The position numbers were made by a program, and so were the translations under genes. A stretch of DNA of 64,000 bases from the NCBI GenBank assembly GCA_964634935.1, contig CAZWJT010000001.1, forward strand, positions 288,949 through 352,948. Reading direction: 5' to 3'. The notes under the pieces are model-generated. The model worked only from the letters and a program-made list of their open reading frames with translations. It was not told where the DNA came from and did not search any database. Position 1 is the first letter of the stretch. Each line of letters opens with the position of its first letter. Positions 18,637 to 28,638 of this stretch are shown piece after piece. This DNA comes from an uncultured Planctomycetia bacterium. GTDB taxonomy: Bacteria; Omnitrophota; Gorgyraeia; Duberdicusellales; Duberdicusellaceae.

Positions 18637-19686
18637 TTACAGGTTTTCTACCACCAAATCCCCTACCGCTTCCGTTGGATACCCCATCTTACCGGCAGCC
18701 AGGGACTTCAATTTCTTGGTCACAACCGTTATCACCGCACTCTCAACCGCGTTTGCGGCTTGTTCCTCTCCCAGATTATCAAGAAGCATACCTGCCGCAC
18801 AAATAGCAGCTAAAGGATTAATGACATGCTGGCCCGTATACTTCGGAGCGCTTCCTCCAATCGGCTCAAACATGGAAACACCCTGGGGGTTAATATTTCC
18901 TCCTGCGGCAATCCCCATACCTCCCTGGATCATCGCTCCCAAATCAGTAATAATATCGCCAAACATATTGTCAGTTACGATAACATCGAACCACTCTGGG
19001 TTCTTGACAAACCACATTGTAGTAGCATCAACATGGGCATAATCTGTCGTAATATCGGGGTATTCCTGAGAAACCTCAGTAAACACCCTTTGCCATAAAT
19101 CCCAAGCATAGGTTAAAACGTTGGTTTTGCCGCACAAGGTAAGCTTCTTCTGTTTGTTTCTTTTACGGCAGTATTCAAAAGCATAGCGAATACACCGCTC
19201 AACTCCTTTACGGGTATTGTATGAAATTTGTATCGCAACCTCTTCCGGGGTTTTTTTCTTCTGAAACTCTCCCATCCCCTTATAGAGACCTTCTGAATTT
19301 TCACGAACCACAACAAAATCAATATCGCTCGGTTTTTTGTCTTTCAAAGGACAGAAAGACGGGTTGTAGAGTTTTATCGGTCGTAAATTGATATACTGAT
19401 CCAGCGAGAAGCGAAGTTTCAATAAAATCCCGGTCTCAAGAATACCCGGTTGGACGTTCGGATGCCCGATAGCCCCCAGGTAAATGGCTTGATATGTCTT
19501 TAACTCGGCGATATCTTCCTCAGACAGAGTCTTTCCGGTTTTTAAATACCGTTCACCGCCAAAGTCGAAAGTTTTTGTCGAATATTCAAAATGGAACTTC
19601 TTTGCCGCGGCGGCCAGTACTTTCAATCCTTCCTGGACAACCTCAAAGCCTGTTCCATCGCCTGGGATGACTGCTATCTTATACAT
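18637..19686 (-). CDS. leuB: 3-isopropylmalate dehydrogenase (isocitrate/isopropylmalate dehydrogenase family).
   Basis: MYKIAVIPGDGTGFEV... and NMFGDIITDLGA motifs. Sits in an operon with leuC and leuD. Confidence 0.75.
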   Translation of the reverse strand: MYKIAVIPGDGTGFEVVQEGLKVLAAAAKKFHFEYSTKTFDFGGERYLKTGKTLSEEDIAELKTYQAIYLGAIGHPNVQPGILETGILLKLRFSLDQYINLRPIKLYNPSFCPLKDKKPSDIDFVVVRENSEGLYKGMGEFQKKKTPEEVAIQISYNTRKGVERCIRYAFEYCRKRNKQKKLTLCGKTNVLTYAWDLWQRVFTEVSQEYPDITTDYAHVDATTMWFVKNPEWFDVIVTDNMFGDIITDLGAMIQGGMGIAAGGNINPQGVSMFEPIGGSAPKYTGQHVINPLAAICAAGMLLDNLGEEQAANAVESAVITVVTKKLKSLAAGKMGYPTEAVGDLVVENL

Positions 19687-19687
19687 C

Positions 19688-19939
19688 TTAAAACAACTCC
19701 TTGCCTGTGTTTTCCTTAATCCAGATAATCCGCTCTTTGTTAATACTCAAAAAATCAGATTCTTCCAGAAATTCGCCCTTCCAATCATACATCTTCGTCT
19801 TGATTACTGGAATAAATGGCCTTTCCCGATTGTTCAAATAATCAGAAAGTCTGACGCCCGCGGAGATTACCAAAATACCTTCTATTTTATATCCCGGCGT
19901 TGAAATAACCACCTTATACTCAACATATTGGTTCTCCAT
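19688..19939 (-). CDS. Hypothetical 83-aa protein embedded between leuD and leuB.
   Basis: Tightly packed ORF (3-nt and 1-nt gaps to its neighbours). No recognisable motif. Confidence 0.4.
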   Translation of the reverse strand: MENQYVEYKVVISTPGYKIEGILVISAGVRLSDYLNNRERPFIPVIKTKMYDWKGEFLEESDFLSINKERIIWIKENTGKELF

Positions 19940-19941
19940 AG

Positions 19942-20421
19942 CTAAGCTCCTTTCTTCAACCAGGGGATCAAGCCACCGCTCTCGATAATTTCTTTGATAA
20001 AATCTGGAAATTTATCCGAAGCGAAGGTGTTTTTTTCTATGGTAATAATGCCTCGGTCAAGATCAACCGTTGCTTTCTTCCCGGCTGCAAGAAGTTTTGC
20101 ATCTTTACAGACCAGGATCGGCAGGCCAACATTGATGCAATTCCGGTAGAAAATTCGGGCAAAACTTTCAGCGATAACCAGCGATATTCCTAAACCCTTC
20201 AAGGCAAGCGGTGCATGTTCCCGCGAAGAACCACACCCAAAATTTCTACCCCCAACAAGAATATCCCCTTTTTGAACTTTTGTGGAAAACGCAGGATCAA
20301 TATTCTCCATGCATTTAGAACCAAGGAATTTTTCATCTTGTGAATCAAGATATTTCGCCGCGATAATGTCATCGGTATTGATATTATCGCCAAACTTATG
20401 GATAGTACCGCTCAGAATCAT
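19942..20421 (-). CDS. leuD: 3-isopropylmalate dehydratase small subunit (aconitase swivel domain).
   Basis: [15 protein letters not shown]...[14 protein letters not shown], the LeuD signature. Confidence 0.8.
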   Translation of the reverse strand: MILSGTIHKFGDNINTDDIIAAKYLDSQDEKFLGSKCMENIDPAFSTKVQKGDILVGGRNFGCGSSREHAPLALKGLGISLVIAESFARIFYRNCINVGLPILVCKDAKLLAAGKKATVDLDRGIITIEKNTFASDKFPDFIKEIIESGGLIPWLKKGA

Positions 20422-20435
20422 GTTCCTTCTTTTAG

Positions 20436-21731
20436 CTATGAGACCACTTCTTCAGGATGCGCGATTCTCCCCTTAACCGCAGAGGCCGCCGCTACCGCTG
20501 GAGAACTCAAGTAGACAAAACTCTTAGGACTTCCCATGCGCCCGATAAAATTCCTGTTAGTCGTCGCAAGGGCCACTTCTCCATCAGCCAGAATCCCCAT
20601 GTGCCCGCCAAGACATGGACCACAGGTTGGCGGAGAGACTATGCATCCGGCATCAACACAGGCCTGTAAATATCCCTTCTGTAAAGCAGCTCGATATACT
20701 TCGTAGGTTGCAGGAAAAATGATTGTCCGTACTCCCTTTTTGATCTTCTTGCCCTTCAGAATCGTCGCCGTAACTTTGAGATCTTCAAGTCTCCCGTTTG
20801 TACAAGAACCAATGATAACTTGGTGCACTTTAATATTTTTGAAGGCACTCACTGCCTGCCCATTGCTTGGCAAATGGGGTGCGGCGACGAACGGCTCAAG
20901 CTTCGTTATATCATATTCTCGAATATCAGCGTAACGCGCGTCTGGGTCGCCACGCAACACATGAAGGGCATTCTTTTGCAGAGTAAAACCCCCGGATTTG
21001 CCTTGAGAAACCGCCTTCAGAAAAGAAACTGTATGCGCATCCGGCTCAATAATCCCAGCCTTTGCTCCTGCCTCTACTGCCATATTGCACATCGTAAACC
21101 TTCCGTCCATGCCCATCGAACGGATGACCGGACCAGAAAACTCCATTACCGAATACAAAGCACCATCGACTCCAATCTGAGCAATCGTATAGAGAATAAG
21201 ATCCTTGCCGCCCACCCACGGGTTTAATTTACCCGTATACACATAACGAATCGTCGAAGGAGTTTTAAACCAGCATTTTCCGCTAAAAAACCCTGCCGCC
21301 AAATCTGTTGACCCAACACCGAAAGCAGCCACACCTAAAGCACCATGGGTACAAGTATGCGAATCAGCCCCGATGATAAGATCTCCCGGTTGAAAAAATC
21401 CCTGCTCCGGCAAAAAAGTGTGTTCAATTCCACACCGGTCAATATCGAAAAAATGTGGAATACCGAATTTCTCACAGAATGCTCGAAGCAGTTGAACGTT
21501 GTTTGCGGTCTTCAGATCACGGGCCGGAGTAAAATGATCGCAGACAAAAGCAATTTTCCGCGGGTTAAAAACCTTCGCGAAACCGGCTTTCGTAAATTCT
21601 TTTACCGCGAGCGGTCCAGTAATGTCATTTGAGAACGCAAAATCAATCTGCGCGTAGACAAAATCCTCAAGCATTTTCTTCTTGCTTGAAGAATGGCGCA
21701 GTAGAATTTTCTCAATCAATGTTAATCCCAT
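20436..21731 (-). CDS. leuC: 3-isopropylmalate dehydratase large subunit (aconitase family). The start is set at the internal Met MGLTLIEKIL.
   Basis: Aconitase-family motifs (GIEHTFLPEQG, SHTCTHGALG, Cys ligands in NGRLEDL...CGPCLG). The longer ORF-track N-terminus would overlap fabF. Confidence 0.75.
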   Translation of the reverse strand: MGLTLIEKILLRHSSSKKKMLEDFVYAQIDFAFSNDITGPLAVKEFTKAGFAKVFNPRKIAFVCDHFTPARDLKTANNVQLLRAFCEKFGIPHFFDIDRCGIEHTFLPEQGFFQPGDLIIGADSHTCTHGALGVAAFGVGSTDLAAGFFSGKCWFKTPSTIRYVYTGKLNPWVGGKDLILYTIAQIGVDGALYSVMEFSGPVIRSMGMDGRFTMCNMAVEAGAKAGIIEPDAHTVSFLKAVSQGKSGGFTLQKNALHVLRGDPDARYADIREYDITKLEPFVAAPHLPSNGQAVSAFKNIKVHQVIIGSCTNGRLEDLKVTATILKGKKIKKGVRTIIFPATYEVYRAALQKGYLQACVDAGCIVSPPTCGPCLGGHMGILADGEVALATTNRNFIGRMGSPKSFVYLSSPAVAAASAVKGRIAHPEEVVS

Positions 21732-21768
21732 ATCATTTACTTTGATGGATTCGTGGGGATTGGCGGTA

Positions 21769-23019
21769 TCAACGGAGTTTTCGAAAAGCCAAGGAAATAT
21801 TGTGGCCGCCAAAACCCAAAGAATTATTCAATACCACGTCGAGGTTTTTCTTTCGAGCAGTATTCGGCACATAATCCAAATCACACTCTGGATCAGGGTA
21901 TTCCTGATTCATCGTAGGAGGAATCACCCCTTCACGAATCGCCATACAACAGAATACCGATTCAATAGCTCCAGCAGCACCAAGCAGATGCCCGGTGATT
22001 GATTTTGTCGAGCTGACCGGTATTTTCTTCGCCTGATCCTTAAAAAGCGTTCTTATCGCCTGAGTTTCTGTCTTATCGTTCAGTTCAGTTGAAGTCCCGT
22101 GGGCATTGATATAGGAAACCTCCCTCGGTTCAACCTGAGCCTCTTGAAGAGCAAGTTCCATCGCCCTGCTCACACTCTTCCCCGTTGGTTCAGGAGCAGT
22201 AATATGATACGCGTCACAAGTGGCTCCATAACCAACTATTTCTGCATATATCCGAGCATTCCGTTTCCGCGCGTGCTCGAGTTCTTCAAGAATAAGCACA
22301 CCTGCCCCTTCCGCCATAACGAAACCATCTCGTTCACGGTCAAAAGGACGCGAGGCCCGCTCTGGTTCGTGGTTCCGGCAAGAAAGCGCTTTTAAAGCAC
22401 AGAAACCCCCGAGGCCAAGCGCGGTGATCGCGGCTTCTGTACCACCGGTCACCACCACATCTGTTGCCCCAAATTTTATCGAATGGAACGCTTCGCCAAT
22501 GGCATGCGTTCCGGAAGCACAGGCAGTTACCGTACAGTAGTTCACCCCGGAAAGATGAAAACGAATCGCAATTTGTCCAGCGGCAGCGTTGGTAATCAGC
22601 GTTGGGATCAAAAAAGGAGATAACCGAGAAGGTCCTTTCTCTAGATAAATCTTATGCTGTTCTTCAATCGTCTGCAAGCTGCCAATGCCTGAACCAAAAA
22701 TAACGCCTGCTCGTTCTGGGTCAAATTTTGCGGTTACAAGGCCGCTATCACGCATCGCCTCTTCAGTCGCAGCAAGCGCGAATTGAACAAACCGAGCTGT
22801 CCGCCGGGCTTCTTTCACGCCCAAGAAAGCTATGGGATCAAATCCTTTTACTTCCCCGGCAATGGTAGCATCAAACCGTGATGCGTCAATCTGGGTAATC
22901 TGTCCAATCCCGGAAACGCCTGCAACAGCAGAATCCCATGCTTTCTGCAATCCTATGCCCACTGGACATATAATACCACAGCCCGTTACGACTACTCGTC
23001 GGCTTTGCATAAATCTCAA
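21769..23019 (-). CDS. fabF: Beta-ketoacyl-ACP synthase II.
   Basis: RRVVVTGCGIICPVG start. Active-site Cys (ACASGTHAIG). HGTST and GHLLGAAG motifs. Confidence 0.85.
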   Translation of the reverse strand: MRFMQSRRVVVTGCGIICPVGIGLQKAWDSAVAGVSGIGQITQIDASRFDATIAGEVKGFDPIAFLGVKEARRTARFVQFALAATEEAMRDSGLVTAKFDPERAGVIFGSGIGSLQTIEEQHKIYLEKGPSRLSPFLIPTLITNAAAGQIAIRFHLSGVNYCTVTACASGTHAIGEAFHSIKFGATDVVVTGGTEAAITALGLGGFCALKALSCRNHEPERASRPFDRERDGFVMAEGAGVLILEELEHARKRNARIYAEIVGYGATCDAYHITAPEPTGKSVSRAMELALQEAQVEPREVSYINAHGTSTELNDKTETQAIRTLFKDQAKKIPVSSTKSITGHLLGAAGAIESVFCCMAIREGVIPPTMNQEYPDPECDLDYVPNTARKKNLDVVLNNSLGFGGHNISLAFRKLR

Positions 23020-23031
23020 ACGCTAGAAATA

Positions 23032-23277
23032 CTATTTTGTTTTTGCTTTATTCTCGATATAGGTGGTGGCTTCGCCAACGGTGGTCATTTTTTCGGCATC
23101 TTCGTCAGGTATCTCAATGCCAAATTCTTCCTCAAGGGCCATAACGAGCTCGACAGTATCTAAAGAGTCTGCCCCTAAATCATCAACAAAAGAGCTTTCC
23201 GGTTTAATTTCTTCCGGCTTAACACCCAATTGTTCTGCGATGATTGTCTTCACTTTTTCTTGTACAGACATGTGCAC
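23032..23277 (-). CDS. acpP: Acyl carrier protein.
   Basis: [21 protein letters not shown] phosphopantetheine-attachment motif. Confidence 0.9.
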   Translation of the reverse strand: MHMSVQEKVKTIIAEQLGVKPEEIKPESSFVDDLGADSLDTVELVMALEEEFGIEIPDEDAEKMTTVGEATTYIENKAKTK

Positions 23278-23291
23278 CCTCCTTGTTTTTG

Positions 23292-24026
23292 TTATAACAT
23301 TCCTCCATCTACCGTAATTACTTTCCCAGTGATGTAATCAGCATACGCAGAAGCTAAAAAAAGAACAGCGCCTGCAACATCTTGAGGAGTCCCCAGACGT
23401 CCCTGAGGTATTAAGCGGAGCATTGAATCTTTTACTTCCTGACTCAATTTATCTGTCATCTCAGTCTGGATATACCCAGGAGCAACCGCATTAACACAGA
23501 TATTACGAGACGCGACTTCTTTGGATAAAGATTTCGTGAGCCCGATGATTCCCGCCTTTGACGCCCCATAATTAATCTGCCCGGCATTTCCCATGAGGGC
23601 AATTACTGAAGAGATATTGACTATCTTGCCGGCCTTCTGTTTCAACATATATTTCAAAACAGCCTTGCAACAATTAAAAACACCTTTGAGATTAACGCTA
23701 ATAACCTTGTCCCAATCTTCTTCTTTTAAGCGCAGGGTCAAATTATCACGAGTGATACCGGCATTGTTAATTACTATATCAATTCTCGAAAACTTGTCAA
23801 TAATTTTATCCATCATCTCTTCCATTTGGCGCAGGTTCGTCACGTCGGAAGCAAATGTTACGATTTCGGTGTACTGGCTGAGCTCATTCTTGGCCTGCTG
23901 CAAAGTTTCATCTTTAACATCGCAGAGTATAACTTTTGCCCGACGCTTCGCAAACTCAAGAGCGATTTGCTTACCAATACCTTGCGCCCCTCCGGTAACC
24001 ACACACACTTTTCCCTCAAAATTCAT
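23292..24026 (-). CDS. fabG: 3-oxoacyl-ACP reductase (SDR). The start is set at [13 protein letters not shown].
   Basis: [13 protein letters not shown] and YxxxK SDR motifs. Conserved fab cluster position. Confidence 0.8.
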   Translation of the reverse strand: MNFEGKVCVVTGGAQGIGKQIALEFAKRRAKVILCDVKDETLQQAKNELSQYTEIVTFASDVTNLRQMEEMMDKIIDKFSRIDIVINNAGITRDNLTLRLKEEDWDKVISVNLKGVFNCCKAVLKYMLKQKAGKIVNISSVIALMGNAGQINYGASKAGIIGLTKSLSKEVASRNICVNAVAPGYIQTEMTDKLSQEVKDSMLRLIPQGRLGTPQDVAGAVLFLASAYADYITGKVITVDGGML

Positions 24027-24040
24027 GCTTAAACTCCTTT

Positions 24041-24970
24041 TTAAGAATTGTCTGCCGATAAGCACTTCGTGAAATCATCTTTCGCCTCAAAATTATATAC
24101 AACGAGCTCTTTATCGATCTTTCGCAGAAGACCCTTGAGTACCCGCGAAGGACCAATCTCATAAAAACTCTTGATACCCTGAGAGACCATATATTCAATG
24201 CTCATTTGCCACAATACAGGATGCGTCAACTGTATCAATAAATTCTTCTTAATCTCCTCGGCATGGACATATGCCTTCGCATCCACGTTACTCACTAAAG
24301 GAATTTGGGAATCGTGGAATTCAGTTTTGCCAATCGCCGAACCGAGCAAACATTCCGCCCCCTTCATAAAGGGCGCATGAAATCCTCCGCTCACTTTCAG
24401 CTCAACAATATTTTTTGCGTTTTTAGACAAGAAAAAAGCTTTTGCCGCGTCGATCTTTGACTTTTCTAAAGACACTACAACCTGACCGGGACAGTTGAGA
24501 TTGGCAATATAGAAAAGTTTGTTGTTTTGCTCTTGAATATCCTTTTGGTCTACCCCTACTACCGCAAGCATGCCGGAATCCTGCCCCCGGGAAACTTCCT
24601 GCATTGCTGAAGCTCGCCGTTCAACCAACCGTAATACCGCATCCAAAGAAAGCACTTTACTCGCATAGAGCGCAGTATACTCGCCCAAACTTAATCCTGC
24701 GGTAAACCGAAAAGAAACTTCTGGTTTTTGTGAACAGAAAACCTCATAGGCAGCGATGCTCACAACACAAATCGCAAGCTGTTGATAATAGGTGTCGAGG
24801 AGTTTCTCTGTGGGACCATGAAAACATACTTCGGATAAAGAAAATCCGAGAACCTGATCAGCTTTCTGGAAAATTTCCCGAGCACAAGAAAAATGCTCAT
24901 AGAGTGAAAAACCCATTCCTTGGTAGTGCGCTCCTTGACCCGGGAATATAACCGCTGCGTTACCTTCCAT
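24041..24970 (-). CDS. fabD: Malonyl-CoA:ACP transacylase.
   Basis: FPGQGAHYQGMG start and the GLSLGEY active-site motif. Confidence 0.85.
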   Translation of the reverse strand: MEGNAAVIFPGQGAHYQGMGFSLYEHFSCAREIFQKADQVLGFSLSEVCFHGPTEKLLDTYYQQLAICVVSIAAYEVFCSQKPEVSFRFTAGLSLGEYTALYASKVLSLDAVLRLVERRASAMQEVSRGQDSGMLAVVGVDQKDIQEQNNKLFYIANLNCPGQVVVSLEKSKIDAAKAFFLSKNAKNIVELKVSGGFHAPFMKGAECLLGSAIGKTEFHDSQIPLVSNVDAKAYVHAEEIKKNLLIQLTHPVLWQMSIEYMVSQGIKSFYEIGPSRVLKGLLRKIDKELVVYNFEAKDDFTKCLSADNS

Positions 24971-24987
24971 CCCCTCAAAGATTCATT

Positions 24988-25983
24988 TTATACCCATGAA
25001 AAAATGCAAGAACCCCAAACAAGCCCTCCGCCAAAGGTATCTAAAAGCACGATGTCTCCCTTTTTCATCCTGGTATCTTCATACGCTTCACAGAGCGCCA
25101 CTGCCGTAGAAGCAGCCGAAGTATTCCCGTATTTTTGAATATTCACATATACTTTATCCATCGGAATCTTGAGCCGTTCAACAACCGCGTTAATAATCCG
25201 AATATTTGCCTGGTGTGGGACAAGAAGAGAAATATCTCGCGTACTAAGAGAACACTTTTTCAGAACCTTAACAGCGGCTTCAACCATTACTCGGACGGCA
25301 ATTTTAAAAAGCTCATTACCCTGCATATGGATACAGTGCAAATGCCTCTGGATTGTTTCTGGGCTTGCCGGAATTTTTGAACCTCCTGCCGGAATAAGCA
25401 GCATATCCGCCATATCTCCGTTTCCCCCAAGATAAGAACCGAGCATCCCTTGTCCCTGGGGACAGCTGACTACTACAGCGGCTCCGGCGCCGTCACCGAA
25501 AAGAACGCACGTTGAGCGGTCTTTCCAATTGGTAACATGCGATAAAGTTTCTGCCCCGATAACCAGAGCATTCTTATAGATCTGCGCTCCGATAAACCCC
25601 TGAGCGACACTCAAGGCATATGGAAAACCGGCGCAGGCAGCGACAACGTCAAAGACTGCGGCATTTTTTGCTCCCAGATTGCGCTGAACATAGCAAGCAG
25701 TCGAAGGAAAAACTGTATCAGGAGTAATGGTAGCAACTATGATTAATTCAATATCTTCTGCTTTCAATCCTGCCCGTTTCAAAGCCTGTTTAGCTGCTTG
25801 TGTGGCTAGATCGCTCGTCGTTTGCCCTTTTGCAATACGGCGCTCTTTAATACCGGTACGGGTAATAATCCATTCGTCCGATGTCTCGACAATTTTTTCC
25901 AGATCCGCATTTTTCAAAATATGCTCGGGAACATATTTACCTAAACCTACGATCTTAATGGAGTGCATTGACTTCCCTTTCAA
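24988..25983 (-). CDS. fabH: 3-oxoacyl-ACP synthase III.
   Basis: IVGLGKYVPE start. Active-site AACAGF Cys. HQANIRI and GNTSAAS motifs. Confidence 0.85.
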   Translation of the reverse strand: MKGKSMHSIKIVGLGKYVPEHILKNADLEKIVETSDEWIITRTGIKERRIAKGQTTSDLATQAAKQALKRAGLKAEDIELIIVATITPDTVFPSTACYVQRNLGAKNAAVFDVVAACAGFPYALSVAQGFIGAQIYKNALVIGAETLSHVTNWKDRSTCVLFGDGAGAAVVVSCPQGQGMLGSYLGGNGDMADMLLIPAGGSKIPASPETIQRHLHCIHMQGNELFKIAVRVMVEAAVKVLKKCSLSTRDISLLVPHQANIRIINAVVERLKIPMDKVYVNIQKYGNTSAASTAVALCEAYEDTRMKKGDIVLLDTFGGGLVWGSCIFSWV

Positions 25984-26953
25984 TCTGCTCGTTTACATTC
26001 TGCTTTACTTCTTCGGCAGCGACGCGGATAGCGTTCTTAACCGCTTTAGCATCAGACCTGCCGTGAGCAATAATGACGACCCCGGCAACACCAAGAAGGG
26101 GAGCGCCTCCATATTCAGAGTAATCAATCTGGTTCTTAAATTTACGGAAAGCGCCCTGTGCCAGAAAAAGCCCAATCTTTCCCAAGATATCCTCAGTGAG
26201 AAACTTCAGTAAAAAATGCTTGGTCATTTCGGCAAATCCCTCAGATATTTTAAGGGCAATGTTTCCGATAAATCCATCACAAATAATACAATCACAGGCA
26301 CCGCGAAACACGTCTTTCCCTTCAATGTTTCCGATGAAACGAATCGGGGCTTTCTCAAAAAGCATTCGCGCTTCCTTTAAAAAATCGGTTCCCTTGCTTT
26401 CCTCTTCGCCAATGTTTAAAATCCCAACGGAAGGATTGGCCTTGCCAAGAACCCCTTGAGAGTAAACTTTTGCCATGATCGCGTGCTGCAGAAGATGGAC
26501 TGGCTTTGCATCAATATTCGCCCCAACATCAATCATCAATGCATTTCCCAACTTCGTGGGGAAAACTATGGCAATTCCCGGACGCTCCACGCCTTTCAAG
26601 AGACGAAGCCCTAAAACTGCTCCGCTCACAACCGCGCCAGTGTTACCGCAAGAAACAAAGGCGTCGCCTTTTTGTTCTTTCAGAAGATTTAACCCTACAA
26701 CGATCGATGAATGGCGTTTTTTCCGGATTGAAAGTGCGGCTGGCTCATCCATGCGGATTGTTTCAGGGGCGTGGATAACCTGGGGGTTAAACCCCGCGCA
26801 TTTCTGCCTGATCAAACATTCACGGATCGCGGTTTCTTCCCCCACCAGAATAATCTCAATATCCTGTAATACCTGAGAGGCAAGATAAGCACCTTTAACC
26901 ACTTCTCCCGGAGCATAATCTCCTCCAAAAGCATCGACAACAACGCGGATCAT
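25955..26953 (-). CDS. plsX: Phosphate acyltransferase.
   Basis: MIRVVVDAFGGDYAP start and conserved rpmF-plsX-fabH synteny. Confidence 0.8.
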   Translation of the reverse strand: MIRVVVDAFGGDYAPGEVVKGAYLASQVLQDIEIILVGEETAIRECLIRQKCAGFNPQVIHAPETIRMDEPAALSIRKKRHSSIVVGLNLLKEQKGDAFVSCGNTGAVVSGAVLGLRLLKGVERPGIAIVFPTKLGNALMIDVGANIDAKPVHLLQHAIMAKVYSQGVLGKANPSVGILNIGEEESKGTDFLKEARMLFEKAPIRFIGNIEGKDVFRGACDCIICDGFIGNIALKISEGFAEMTKHFLLKFLTEDILGKIGLFLAQGAFRKFKNQIDYSEYGGAPLLGVAGVVIIAHGRSDAKAVKNAIRVAAEEVKQNVNEQIEREVNALH

Positions 26954-27186
26954 TGCTGTTCGCTCTTTTCCGCCTGCTTTGACCTTTGTTGCGCCTTTTT
27001 ATTCTGTTTTTGTTCAATAGAAATAATTTCCTGATTTTTGTAATAGCCGCAGAACGGACAGACCCGATGGGGTGGTTTTTTACTCTTGCACTGCGGGCAG
27101 ATTGCCAAGGCAAGAGAAGTAAGTAATTTCCCTGTTCTGCGCTTACGCGTGCGCGAATGGGAATGTTTACGTTTTGGATTTGCCAT
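26950..27186 (-). CDS. rpmF: 50S ribosomal protein L32, with a short Lys/Gln-rich C-terminal extension.
   Basis: MANPKRKHSHSRTRKRR start and zinc ribbon CPQC...CPFCGYY. Confidence 0.85.
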   Translation of the reverse strand: MANPKRKHSHSRTRKRRTGKLLTSLALAICPQCKSKKPPHRVCPFCGYYKNQEIISIEQKQNKKAQQRSKQAEKSEQQ

Positions 27187-27201
27187 GAAAAACTCCTTTC
27201 C

Positions 27202-27630
27202 TTATCGCTTCATTTGTTGTAAACAGGTACACTTTTTGAGGTTTAAGTTTGCACCGCAACACGGACAAAGCCCTGCACAATCTTGCCGGCAGATAACTTT
27301 CATTGGAAAATCAAGCAACAGCTCTTCTCTCACTCCCGCATCAATATCAAGGTAATCTGACGGTTTAAGGTGTTCGCTGTCATAAAAAACCTCGCACTGG
27401 AAAGAAAAATCTCTATCCACATACTCAAGGCACCGGCTGCAGTGAATTTTTTGGACAGTATGGATATTCGCGAGAACTTGAATCTTAGTATCTAATTTAC
27501 GCGCAGTGGCCTGAAAATGAAGCATGCCCGGAAACTGTACGTCAAAACTGTCTAAATCCCATTGAGAAGCAGAAAAATCTTCCTGCTGGGTAATCCCCGC
27601 TTCAGTAATCTCTTGCAGTAAAAACTTCAT
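27202..27630 (-). CDS. yceD: YceD/DUF177 family protein.
   Basis: Size, C-terminal paired CxxC motifs, and its position just upstream of rpmF. Confidence 0.65.
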   Translation of the reverse strand: MKFLLQEITEAGITQQEDFSASQWDLDSFDVQFPGMLHFQATARKLDTKIQVLANIHTVQKIHCSRCLEYVDRDFSFQCEVFYDSEHLKPSDYLDIDAGVREELLLDFPMKVICRQDCAGLCPCCGANLNLKKCTCLQQMKR

Positions 27631-28112
27631 TGCCGATCCTTCTTCTGAAGTGCTTTCAGCACAACTTGAGGCACAAAAGAACTGACATCCGCCCCTAAAA
27701 AAAATGCTTCTTTTATTAATTTCGAAGAAATATAGGAATAATCGGGGTGAGGCATCATAAAAACAGTCTCAATATCCTGCGCAAGTTTACGATTCGTTAA
27801 AGCCATCTGAAATTCATATTCAAAATCAGAGAGCATGCGAATGCCCCGCAGGATAATGCTGATTTTTTCCCGACGGGCAAATGCAACGGTAAGCCCGGAG
27901 AAAGCTTTAACCGTAACAGTCTGTATCCCTTGCAATGCGCTCTGAGCAAGCTCAACCCTCTCTTTCCAGTCAAACAAAGGATTCTTCGGAGTATCCTTGG
28001 CAATGCCAACTAACACCTCACCGGAAACCCGGCAGGCACGCTGAATAACATCAATATGTCCGCAGGTTATCGGATCAAATGTCCCTGGGTATAATACCTT
28101 ACTTCGTTTCAA
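27627..28112 (-). CDS. coaD: Phosphopantetheine adenylyltransferase.
   Basis: YPGTFDPITCGHIDVI nucleotidyltransferase motif. Confidence 0.85.
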   Translation of the reverse strand: MKRSKVLYPGTFDPITCGHIDVIQRACRVSGEVLVGIAKDTPKNPLFDWKERVELAQSALQGIQTVTVKAFSGLTVAFARREKISIILRGIRMLSDFEYEFQMALTNRKLAQDIETVFMMPHPDYSYISSKLIKEAFFLGADVSSFVPQVVLKALQKKDRQ

Positions 28113-28638
28113 GAATAATAACCTTTCTATCTCCGTACTGACGCGAGAAAACTTCCCGAAATACCAATGGAATCTCTACTGTTTCCTTGAAAAAATGCAA
28201 AACCACAAGGAAACTTTTAGCGTTTACTATATCATAGCGCTCTATGTATTTCAAGGATTTTGTAACCAGGTTTTCGTGGTAAGGAGGGTCCAGGAAAATA
28301 AGGTCAAAACACTTAAAACCGCTTATTTCCGATAAATATTCAAAAATATCCTGTTCGACTACCTCAGCTTGTCCGGCAAGAGAAAAACTCTCTAGATTCT
28401 GCTGAATAACCGTAACCCTTTTATGGTCGTGTTCAATAAAAGTTACCTCGCGGGCCCCCCATGATAAAGCCTCAATACCTAAAGAGCCCATACCGCCAAA
28501 ACAGTCACAAACCGACTTTGTTTGCACCCAATCTCCAAGTACGTCAAAAAGAACTTTTCGAATACGGGATTCAACAACCTTTGCTCCCTTTAAAGTAAAA
28601 AACTTCCGGTTTTTCAAGGTACCTGCAACAATTTCCAT
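28099..28638 (-). CDS. rsmD: 16S rRNA (guanine966-N2)-methyltransferase RsmD.
   Basis: DCFGGMGSLGIEALSWGA SAM-binding motif, DPPY motif, and its position next to coaD. Confidence 0.7.
   Translation of the reverse strand: MEIVAGTLKNRKFFTLKGAKVVESRIRKVLFDVLGDWVQTKSVCDCFGGMGSLGIEALSWGAREVTFIEHDHKRVTVIQQNLESFSLAGQAEVVEQDIFEYLSEISGFKCFDLIFLDPPYHENLVTKSLKYIERYDIVNAKSFLVVLHFFKETVEIPLVFREVFSRQYGDRKVIILETK

Noticed and set aside
21732-21812. Long N-terminal extension of leuC in the ORF track (MAATIFPWLFENSVDTANPHESIKVNDM...), overlapping fabF by 44 nt.
   Set aside because: The conserved LeuC N-terminus begins at the internal Met (MGLTLIEKILLRHS). The extension is more likely out-of-frame read-through of the fabF 3' end than a real fusion.
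26950-27010. Lys/Gln-rich C-terminal tail on ribosomal protein L32.
   Set aside because: Short basic or low-complexity extensions on small ribosomal proteins are common lineage-specific features and are not evidence of a separate element.
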